Assembly: GCA_944325215.1 (NCBI GenBank) | Contig: CALUZC010000016.1 | Location: forward strand, 4,231 to 68,230 | Length of the DNA stretch: 64,000 nt | Direction: 5' to 3' | Origin: an uncultured Mucispirillum sp. | Lineage (GTDB): Bacteria > Chrysiogenota > Deferribacteres > Deferribacterales > Mucispirillaceae | Part shown: piece after piece, positions 51,967 through 59,229 of the stretch | How the letters are laid out: each line of letters opens with the position of its first letter | Position numbering within the stretch: the first letter of the stretch is position 1 | Position numbers and translations under genes: made by a program | Notes under the pieces: generated by a model | Seen by the model: only the letters and a program-made list of their open reading frames with translations | Databases searched by the model: none | What the model was told of the DNA's origin: nothing

Positions 51967-51995
51967 ATACAGAGCTGTTTAAAACAGCTCTGTAT
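51967..51995. terminator. Perfect 29-nt palindrome (atacagagctgttt-a-aaacagctctgtat) followed by a T-rich tract. Probable terminator.
   Basis: Read directly. A 12-14 bp stem. It lies between the methyltransferase start and repeat copy B. Confidence 0.5.
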
Positions 51996-52020
51996 TTATT
52001 GTTTGTTAGGGATTTTTTTT

Positions 52021-52055
52021 ATATCACTTTTAGTATTTATAAATTCACTAATTCC
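52021..52055. repeat. Copy B of the 35-bp exact direct repeat, in an intergenic position
   Basis: Identical to 51038..51072. Confidence 0.6.
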
Positions 52056-52110
52056 AAATGAAAAAATAAATATATTTATAAGATTTTTAATATTTAAAAT
52101 ATTTTTTACT

Positions 52111-52133
52111 CCCAGACTGATAATCAGTCTGGG
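52111..52133. terminator. Inverted repeat cccagactga-taa-tcagtctggg, 8 nt past the stop of the lipoprotein gene. Putative terminator or stabilising hairpin.
   Basis: Perfect 10-bp stem. The flanking runs are A/T-rich but not a classic T-run. Confidence 0.4.
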
Positions 52134-52141
52134 AAATATTA

Positions 52142-53416
52142 TTAATTTGATTGTGCACTAGGTAAATTTGCAGCTGCAGCATTATAGTTATCTTTTAAAG
52201 TTGTGCCTGCTGCTGTTGGAGTAGTATCATTAAAAAATTTACTTACTACATTTGTAGTAAATGATGCACTATCTGTATTAAAATCACTGTAATTATTTAC
52301 TCCACTTTTTTGTAATTCTGTAATAATCACTGGTACTATACTTGCGTTTGCATAAGCTGCATCTGATGCTGGATTAAATGTTGCAAGTTTAGTTCCACCA
52401 GCTTTTATTAATGCTCTATAAAATTCTAATGCTCTATTTTTAGATTTTTGAGTTGCAGTAGTTGACTCATAACCTGTTAAGCCAGATAATATCATTGTCG
52501 GAAAAATCATTTCATCCATTCCACTTGTTGAGATTGCTTCTTCATCTTGATTTCCGCTTGAAGAACTTTCAGCATAACCATATTTTTCAAAAATACCAGT
52601 TAATTTAGCCATTAATGCCATCATAGTAGGAAGAGCACTTGGCATACTGCCACCGTTTGCTAAAATAGGCATAACTTTAAATTCTGGTGTTGGTTTATCA
52701 TAGTTTACAATATTACTAGAATAATCACCTTGAGCAATAAAAGCCTGTGCTATTTCATCAAGCATTGCTTTCTCATTTGGTAAAACATATTCGTTCTTAA
52801 TACCTTGAATACCAGTTGAACTGTTGTTTAAATAACCTATTAATGATGAATTAAGATAAACAATATTTGCTCTTGCATTTGCTCTTGCATTTGCACTTAT
52901 ATTAGTGGCATTAAGAGCAGATTGTAATGAATCAGAAAGTGTAATAATACTTTGACTGTTATCATTAACTCTTTTTAATGTTGTAATTAAAGTTGACCCA
53001 CTGCCAGACATAAATATCTGCATAACAGATTGTAAAAAACTACTAGTAGGTTGGCTAAGAATACTATATTTTAATACTTCAGCACTAACAGGATTCTCTG
53101 CGATTATTTTTGCAATTGCTGTTGCTATTTCTTCATTTGCTACTTCACCAATCCCTGAAGCTGCTGGCATTCCACCTCTGCCAGTAATGTTTTGAAGCAG
53201 ACTTTTAATATTTGTTTCTGCTTGGCTGGAAAATGTGCCAGTATAAGCTGCACTTCCTGTGTCATCTGTTACATATTTTTTAAATTCATTAGTAAAAGCA
53301 TCATCAACTTTATTAAGCTGCTCTTGGGATGTCTGTCCATCTGTAGGCTTTGTAGTATCTTCAGCACAACCTGCTACTAAAAATACTAAAAAAGCAAATA
53401 ATAAAAATTTTTTCAT
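52142..53416 (-). CDS. Ala/Ser/Thr-rich surface lipoprotein containing an in-frame tandem repeat
   Basis: AGAGGT SD. Lipoprotein signal MKKFLLFAFLVFLVAGCAED. Low-complexity A/S/T/N composition, with the repeat ANARANARAN. Confidence 0.6.
   Translation of the reverse strand: MKKFLLFAFLVFLVAGCAEDTTKPTDGQTSQEQLNKVDDAFTNEFKKYVTDDTGSAAYTGTFSSQAETNIKSLLQNITGRGGMPAASGIGEVANEEIATAIAKIIAENPVSAEVLKYSILSQPTSSFLQSVMQIFMSGSGSTLITTLKRVNDNSQSIITLSDSLQSALNATNISANARANARANIVYLNSSLIGYLNNSSTGIQGIKNEYVLPNEKAMLDEIAQAFIAQGDYSSNIVNYDKPTPEFKVMPILANGGSMPSALPTMMALMAKLTGIFEKYGYAESSSSGNQDEEAISTSGMDEMIFPTMILSGLTGYESTTATQKSKNRALEFYRALIKAGGTKLATFNPASDAAYANASIVPVIITELQKSGVNNYSDFNTDSASFTTNVVSKFFNDTTPTAAGTTLKDNYNAAAANLPSAQSN
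52865..52900. repeat. 12-bp tandem repeat (atttgctcttgc x2 plus a degenerate third copy) encoding (ANAR)n inside the lipoprotein CDS
   Basis: Read directly. The unit length is a multiple of 3, so copy-number change would keep the frame. Confidence 0.5.
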
Positions 53417-53487
53417 TTTTTTACCTCTAATTAAAATTTTTTGATATTGAAAATCTTTATCAAATATCTCTCAAAAAAATTTGAATA

Positions 53488-54210
53488 TTATTTTAAGTAA
53501 AAATCCACAGGGACTGTTACTTTTAAATATTCATTATAAGAATTATTGTTTACAGCATTTAAGCCAACAATTTTTTGTGCTGCTTTTAGTGCAGCATTAT
53601 CAAGTACAGTATAACCAGAGCTTTTAGTTATTTCTGCACCTTGTACCACCCCATTTTTTTCTATAGAAAATGTAATATTTGTAATACCTTCTGCATTTAA
53701 CCTTCTAGCCTGCTTAGGGTATTCTTTATAACGCTCCATCATATAAACAATATTGGCAGCAGCTTCGTTTTTCATATCTTTTATTTTACTTACTTCACTA
53801 CCTGCTACTGCTTTTTGTGATGATTTTGCAACTTTTACATTTTCATTTTTGGGTTTAATTTTCTTAACTTCCTTTTTATCTTTTTCTTTTCTTGTTTCCT
53901 GTTTTGTTTCCTCCTTCTTTTTAATTTCTTTGTAACCATTATAGATTATAAATTCGCTGTAATCTGCTAGTAACCTCCTTTTTTCTTGGTTATTTATTTT
54001 TATATACTCAGTAGTATCTATACTCTCCTTTAAAAACTCTGCTTTTGCTACTTCAAGCACTTTTTGCGATACAAAACTTATATTTAGTATAAAAAGTACT
54101 AAAAATAATATAATAAGCATAAAAAAAGATATTCTTTTGCTTTTTATATATTCTTTCTCTCTCTCAAAATAGTTATGTATTGGATATGCTTTTTTTGCTT
54201 TAATATTCAT
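53488..54210 (-). CDS. tonB: TonB energy-transducer (N-terminal TM, Lys/Glu-rich spacer, C-terminal TonB domain)
   Basis: TM segment FFMLIILFLVLFILNISFV, spacer KKKEETKQETRKEKDKKEVKKIKPK, and a C-terminal domain of about 90 aa. Confidence 0.8.
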   Translation of the reverse strand: MNIKAKKAYPIHNYFEREKEYIKSKRISFFMLIILFLVLFILNISFVSQKVLEVAKAEFLKESIDTTEYIKINNQEKRRLLADYSEFIIYNGYKEIKKKEETKQETRKEKDKKEVKKIKPKNENVKVAKSSQKAVAGSEVSKIKDMKNEAAANIVYMMERYKEYPKQARRLNAEGITNITFSIEKNGVVQGAEITKSSGYTVLDNAALKAAQKIVGLNAVNNNSYNEYLKVTVPVDFYLK

Positions 54211-54216
54211 AATTTT

Positions 54217-54603
54217 TTATTCCACTACATCAGTGCTTATTATAAATTTTCCATTCCTTTCTTTTTTTGCAATATCAATAATATTTACAAATGATTGAAA
54301 AGGTGCTGATTTATCAATATAAAGATTTAACATCTTATCAGTATTTGCATCTAATATACTTTTAATTTCTTCTTCTTTTATTAATGTATTATTATAATAA
54401 ACATTACCGTCCTTTGTAACGGATATTAAAATTTCCTGTGTCTGAGTTTCCTTACCTTCTGCCATTTTAGATGCAGGAAGTATTACATCAAGCACAGGTT
54501 TTGAAAATGTGGTAGTCATTATAAAAAATATTAAAAGCATAAATACAACATCTATTAATGGTGTCAAATCAATATTTATTTCTTCATCAATATCAAATTT
54601 CAT
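54217..54603 (-). CDS. exbD: ExbD/TolR biopolymer transport protein
   Basis: AGGTGA SD. N-terminus INIDLTPLIDVVFMLLIFFIMTTTF is the ExbD signature. 128 aa. Confidence 0.85.
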   Translation of the reverse strand: MKFDIDEEINIDLTPLIDVVFMLLIFFIMTTTFSKPVLDVILPASKMAEGKETQTQEILISVTKDGNVYYNNTLIKEEEIKSILDANTDKMLNLYIDKSAPFQSFVNIIDIAKKERNGKFIISTDVVE

Positions 54604-54611
54604 AATATCAC

Positions 54612-55220
54612 CTAACCATTAGCATTATGTTTTTTACAAATGTCTAATGCTCTGTAACTGTGCTCAATAGCTTCAAAATTAAATGCTCTAAATTTTAGCA
54701 TTAAATAGTAATATATAATAAGTACTGGTATAGCAACCGTTAGCCCCATAATAGTTGTAAGCAATGCTTCCCATATACCACTTGCAAGGGAAGCAGCATC
54801 TGGGCTTTGCTCTACTGCTATCACCTGAAATACGCCAACCATACCTAAAACTGTACCTAAAAGCCCTAATAGTGGGGAAATAACTGAAATTAACCTAAGC
54901 CATACTAATGATTTTGATACATGCTCAAAATTTCTATGGAAAAGGTATGCAACCTCACTTCTTATATCTTCAGAATGTTCTCCATGTATGTTTATTATAT
55001 CCCTAATAATAGCTATTAATGGATTATTGGTATTATTACACGCTGAAATAATATCATTACGGCTTTCATAATCTTTATTTAAAAAGTTATGTTTAAACCC
55101 ACGCCATACAATATTTAGGTATATTAATATTCTAAGCCCTATAAATAGAGCAGCTACAGCACATATAATTAAAGCTATACCTGCATAACCTATTTGATTA
55201 TAAATAGTTACAATATCCAT
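54612..55220 (-). CDS. exbB: ExbB/TolQ (MotA family) proton channel
   Basis: Three TM helices and a conserved C-terminal MotA/TolQ/ExbB region. Confidence 0.85.
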   Translation of the reverse strand: MDIVTIYNQIGYAGIALIICAVAALFIGLRILIYLNIVWRGFKHNFLNKDYESRNDIISACNNTNNPLIAIIRDIINIHGEHSEDIRSEVAYLFHRNFEHVSKSLVWLRLISVISPLLGLLGTVLGMVGVFQVIAVEQSPDAASLASGIWEALLTTIMGLTVAIPVLIIYYYLMLKFRAFNFEAIEHSYRALDICKKHNANG

Positions 55221-55223
55221 AAC

Positions 55224-56441
55224 CTATAACCCTAAACGGTTTACAAACCCTGTAAATACATTTTTTGCCATTTCTAAATCATTATTATCTGGGTGAGTTT
55301 GAGCTTCTAAAAGCCTTTCTTTTCTTTCTGGAGTCATAGGGTGGCTGTCCCCCATAAATTTACCCATATAATCAATTAATTTTTCATCTATTTTCCCAAG
55401 ACATAAAAAGCTGCCTAACACATTATTATTTTTGCCAGAGATTTTAAGCATATTTTCACTATCTCTTATACAGCCTTTTGCATGTGGTGAATCAGGATAA
55501 GCTCCAAGAGTACCAAATAACCCTATATTCATATTTTTAATAGAGTTTATAAACTTTTTACTTTTTGCATCAGGAAGCCCTCTATCTACCCAGTAACCTA
55601 TGGCAAGAAAATAATATTCATCTATGTTTTCAGGCAAATTATCAATAGAGCATATATCACAGTTTGGTATAACGCTTTTAACTGCTTCTGCTACTTTTTT
55701 AGTATTACCTGTTAGAGATGAATAAACCACAAGGCTTTTTCTATCCAGCGATTTTTCCAGTGCAAACCCATCTTTCATTTTATAAAATGATGTTTTTACA
55801 CTTTCTATAATCTGCCTGTTTTGTCTGCCTGCATAAACTGAAAAAATTAATCCGCCTGATTTATCAAAAAATAATACAGAACAGCTTTCAAGAGTCATAA
55901 ATGGCATAGTTGAAAAGGCAATACTGTATATATTATCTGCTTTAATATGACCACCTAAAGCAGATTCACCCATTATATTATAATATCCATGAGCATTTGT
56001 GCCTTCATCTATTTTTGTAGATATTTCAAAAGCAGAGCCTTTATACTCTACTATAACTGTTGCTTTTTCCCAAGTGGCAAGTTCTTTCCAAATCATTTCA
56101 AAATGACTGCCTTTTGTAATAGTGCATATTTCTTTAGGCAGTGCATAACATACTTCAAGGTCACTTACACCATACATCTTTGCAAAAGCAGAAATAGTAA
56201 AGGGTTTTTTCTCCTGTAGTAAATTTGGTAAATCCTGTTTTAGTTTTTCAAACCCTAGCACTTTTTCTTCTATTATCTCCTCTATTTGAGGTTTATAATC
56301 AAAAGGTAATGGTGGTTTCCCACCTGCCATTTTATTTTCACTATTAGGGTGTTTTTCACCATGAGAATGTTCCCCTTTATGACCGTGGTTTTTTCCATGC
56401 TGATGTTTATGACCGTGTTGATTTTCTTCTTTATGGCTCAT
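55224..56441 (-). CDS. Three-part fusion: His-rich N-terminal tail + ChuX/HutX-like haem-binding domain + flavodoxin-like domain
   Basis: N-terminus MSHKEENQHGHKHQHGKNHGHKGEHSHGEKH. The middle (HGYYNIMGESALGGHIKADNIYSIAF...SVLFFDKSGGLIFSVYAGR) aligns with E. coli ChuX (HGYFNLRGKHGMSGHIKAEN...SILFFNKEGSAMLKIFLGRD). The C-terminus (LVVYSSLTGNTKKVAEAV...) is a flavodoxin fold. Confidence 0.7.
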   Translation of the reverse strand: MSHKEENQHGHKHQHGKNHGHKGEHSHGEKHPNSENKMAGGKPPLPFDYKPQIEEIIEEKVLGFEKLKQDLPNLLQEKKPFTISAFAKMYGVSDLEVCYALPKEICTITKGSHFEMIWKELATWEKATVIVEYKGSAFEISTKIDEGTNAHGYYNIMGESALGGHIKADNIYSIAFSTMPFMTLESCSVLFFDKSGGLIFSVYAGRQNRQIIESVKTSFYKMKDGFALEKSLDRKSLVVYSSLTGNTKKVAEAVKSVIPNCDICSIDNLPENIDEYYFLAIGYWVDRGLPDAKSKKFINSIKNMNIGLFGTLGAYPDSPHAKGCIRDSENMLKISGKNNNVLGSFLCLGKIDEKLIDYMGKFMGDSHPMTPERKERLLEAQTHPDNNDLEMAKNVFTGFVNRLGL

Positions 56442-56456
56442 ATTATCTCCTTTTTA

Positions 56457-57890
56457 TTAAACTGCCTGTTGCTTTAAACTGTCACTAAATGGCAGTCTAA
56501 TAGCATACTGGCATATATTATTTATTAATTCTAAATCATGGGTAATAACTACTACAGCCACCCCTTTATTCGCTAAATTTTGCAAAATATTTGTTATACG
56601 CATCATATTTCTTCCATCAAGCCCACTGGTTGGCTCATCAAGTATTATAATGCTTGGCTCTTTTGCAACGGCACAGGCTATTACAAGACGCTGTTTTTCT
56701 CCACCTGAAAGTGACTGCGGATGCCTTTCTTTTAAATGATATAAATCAAACTGGTTAAGCAGATTATTTGTTATTTCTTTTTTTTCATCTTCTGTAATAT
56801 TATTATGAGAAACATCTACACTCATATATATTTCATCATAAGTAGATTTCATATAAAGCTGAAAATCTGCATTTTGCAGCACAAGTGATGCAGTTTTTAC
56901 AAGTATTTTTTTATCTATCTCTTTATTATTTATAGTTATTTTTCCCGTAATATTTTTATTTATACCCGTTAAAAGTTTTGCAAGTGTGGTTTTACCTGCC
57001 CCATTTTCACCAAGAATGGCAGTTACTCCAAAAGGAACAGTAAATGATGCATTATTAAAAAGATTTTCTTTACCCTTATAGTTAAATGAAAGGTTTTCAA
57101 TATTAATAATATTTTTACTGCTGTTTTTATAATCTGCCAGCGTGCTGCGATTATCAGTAATTTCTATATCTCTTAAACCATATATTTTTCTAAATTCATT
57201 ATTAAGTAAAATACTAAAATCACCTTCTTTTACTATTTCACCTTTACTCATAACTATAAATCTATCTGCTATATCTTTTGTCCAGTAAAGCCTGTGGTCT
57301 ACAATTAAAATGGCATAGCCTTGTAATTTTAAATATTTTATTTTCTCTGCTAATTCATCAGTTGATTCCACATCTAAATTAGCAGTAGGTTCATCTAAAA
57401 TAATGACTTTTGCTTTTTGTAATATTATACCTGCAAGCCCAACTTTTTGTTTCTGCCCTTCTGATAAATCATTTACAGATGATGATAAAATATGCTGTAT
57501 TTTAAATTCATGAGCTGTTTTATTTATTTCTTTTTTTATTGTATCTGCATCTAATCCCTTGCACTCTAAAGCAAATGCAAGCTCATCATCCACATTTAAT
57601 GCGAAAAACTGCTGTTCTGGGTCTTGAAAAAGTGAGCCTGTATAATTTGAAAGCTCTCCTATGGTTTTTTCTTTTGTATTTTCATTACAGATAAATACAT
57701 CACCACTTAATTCGCCTTTATAATAATGAGGGCAAAGCCCATTAATAAGCCTAATAAGTGTAGTTTTGCCACATCCGCTGACACCAGTACAAACCACCAA
57801 TTCACCAGATTTAACTGATAAATTAATATTTTTTACAGCCTCTTTATTTTGATATGGGTATTTGTATGTTACATTTTCTAACCTTATCAT
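56457..57890 (-). CDS. ECF-type transporter ATPase, fused duplicated A/A' subunits
   Basis: Two ABC cassettes: GVSGCGKTT ... LSEGQKQKV and GENGAGKTT ... LSGGEKQRL. 477 aa. The stop overlaps the T-component start. Confidence 0.85.
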   Translation of the reverse strand: MIRLENVTYKYPYQNKEAVKNINLSVKSGELVVCTGVSGCGKTTLIRLINGLCPHYYKGELSGDVFICNENTKEKTIGELSNYTGSLFQDPEQQFFALNVDDELAFALECKGLDADTIKKEINKTAHEFKIQHILSSSVNDLSEGQKQKVGLAGIILQKAKVIILDEPTANLDVESTDELAEKIKYLKLQGYAILIVDHRLYWTKDIADRFIVMSKGEIVKEGDFSILLNNEFRKIYGLRDIEITDNRSTLADYKNSSKNIINIENLSFNYKGKENLFNNASFTVPFGVTAILGENGAGKTTLAKLLTGINKNITGKITINNKEIDKKILVKTASLVLQNADFQLYMKSTYDEIYMSVDVSHNNITEDEKKEITNNLLNQFDLYHLKERHPQSLSGGEKQRLVIACAVAKEPSIIILDEPTSGLDGRNMMRITNILQNLANKGVAVVVITHDLELINNICQYAIRLPFSDSLKQQAV

Positions 57891-58690
57891 CTATGTAAAC
57901 TCCTTAAGCTTTCAGGCACTTCAATATAGCTTTGTACAAAAAATGCACTTACTAATACTGTTGCAAAACTTATAAGAAGCAATAAATCATTTATAGAAAA
58001 CGATAATCTCTTATACGGTGTTACTTTTACATCGTTTCCTATTCCTTTTAATTCAGCAGCTATTCCCAATTCTTCTGAAGCTCTTAAAGACCTAAAAAGC
58101 AGTGGCATAAAAAGGTAGCGTCCCATTTTTACAGGTTGCTTTAAAAGAGTAATAAATTTTACTTCAATACCCCTTGTTGCAAGCGACTGCATTATCTGCT
58201 TTATATCGTTTATAAAAGCAGGAATAAACCTTATCATTACAGCTACTGGCAGGTAGATAAATAATGGCAGATTAAAACTTTTTAGTGCTGTTAATATACT
58301 TTGTATATTTGTAGTAAAAGCTAAGGGAAGCACTACATTTACCATAGTGACCATACGCATAAAAGGAACTGTTATGGCAAAATATGACCTGCCCTGCATA
58401 AAATTTGTAAAATAATTTATTATATATATGCTTGTAACAGCGATTATCATAATAATAGTTACAAAAAGATAAGTAAGAACCATTACTTTTGGTTTTCTCA
58501 TATATAATGCATATATAAATGAAGCAGCTAAAAGCACTATTTGAGCATATATACTGCTTAATATAATAGCAGCAAGCGAAGTCAGTGCTGTAATAATAAG
58601 CTTTGTTCTAACATCTATTAAATATAAGCCTTTTAATTGAATATTATTTTTAACAGATAAACTTGTATTAACTGCGAACGATTCCTGCAT
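57887..58690 (-). CDS. ECF transporter transmembrane (T) component, CbiQ/EcfT family
   Basis: 267 aa with 5-6 TM helices and a C-terminal coupling region, RSLRASEELGIAAELKGIG. The ends overlap with neighbouring genes on both sides. Confidence 0.75.
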   Translation of the reverse strand: MQESFAVNTSLSVKNNIQLKGLYLIDVRTKLIITALTSLAAIILSSIYAQIVLLAASFIYALYMRKPKVMVLTYLFVTIIMIIAVTSIYIINYFTNFMQGRSYFAITVPFMRMVTMVNVVLPLAFTTNIQSILTALKSFNLPLFIYLPVAVMIRFIPAFINDIKQIMQSLATRGIEVKFITLLKQPVKMGRYLFMPLLFRSLRASEELGIAAELKGIGNDVKVTPYKRLSFSINDLLLLISFATVLVSAFFVQSYIEVPESLRSLHR

Positions 58691-59213
58691 ACCTTAACTC
58701 CTTAACAGCTTTTATTCCTGTATATAACCCAATTATAGCCCCTAGATATCCTATAGCAATAATAGGTATAACAGCATATACAATTTCAGGTGTTTCTCTC
58801 ATAACCATATAAGCTAAAAACATAGAAAGCACTCTGTAAGATAAATCAAAAGCTGCTACACCAATAATTGGAGCATATTTATTCTTCATACCACCAAAAA
58901 GAAGTATAAAAAATTCACCAATAAATGAAGCCATAAACATTCCTAAAGAGGTGGAAGCTTCTGCCCCCATTAAAAGCAGTGATACTATTAATGATACAAA
59001 TGTAAAAAGCATAATCGTTCCACTTTTTCTTACCTTGTAAAGCATAACTATGAAAAAAGTAGTAAATATAAGGTTTTTAATAAGCAGAGTAACAGGGTTC
59101 ATTCCACCACCTGCTAAAGCAACAACCATTGTAATAACTTTTGCAGCAGCTGCAAAAACACCTATTGTTACAAGCTCTTGTATACTCCAGTGATGTTTTA
59201 AGTTTTTATACAT
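58668..59213 (-). CDS. Putative ECF substrate-capture (S) component of unknown specificity (haem inferred from context)
   Basis: 181 aa with 5-6 TM helices and a size typical of S components. It is positioned immediately upstream of the T component and ATPase. Confidence 0.55.
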   Translation of the reverse strand: MYKNLKHHWSIQELVTIGVFAAAAKVITMVVALAGGGMNPVTLLIKNLIFTTFFIVMLYKVRKSGTIMLFTFVSLIVSLLLMGAEASTSLGMFMASFIGEFFILLFGGMKNKYAPIIGVAAFDLSYRVLSMFLAYMVMRETPEIVYAVIPIIAIGYLGAIIGLYTGIKAVKELRYAGIVRS

Positions 59214-59229
59214 TTTTTCTCCTTTATTC

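Noticed and set aside
51967-51995. 29-nt perfect palindrome as a dif (XerCD) site, because xerD is nearby
   Set aside because: It shows no resemblance to the dif consensus (GGTGCGCATAATGTATATTATGTTAAAT-type arms). It is followed by a T-tract, so a terminator hairpin is the simpler reading.
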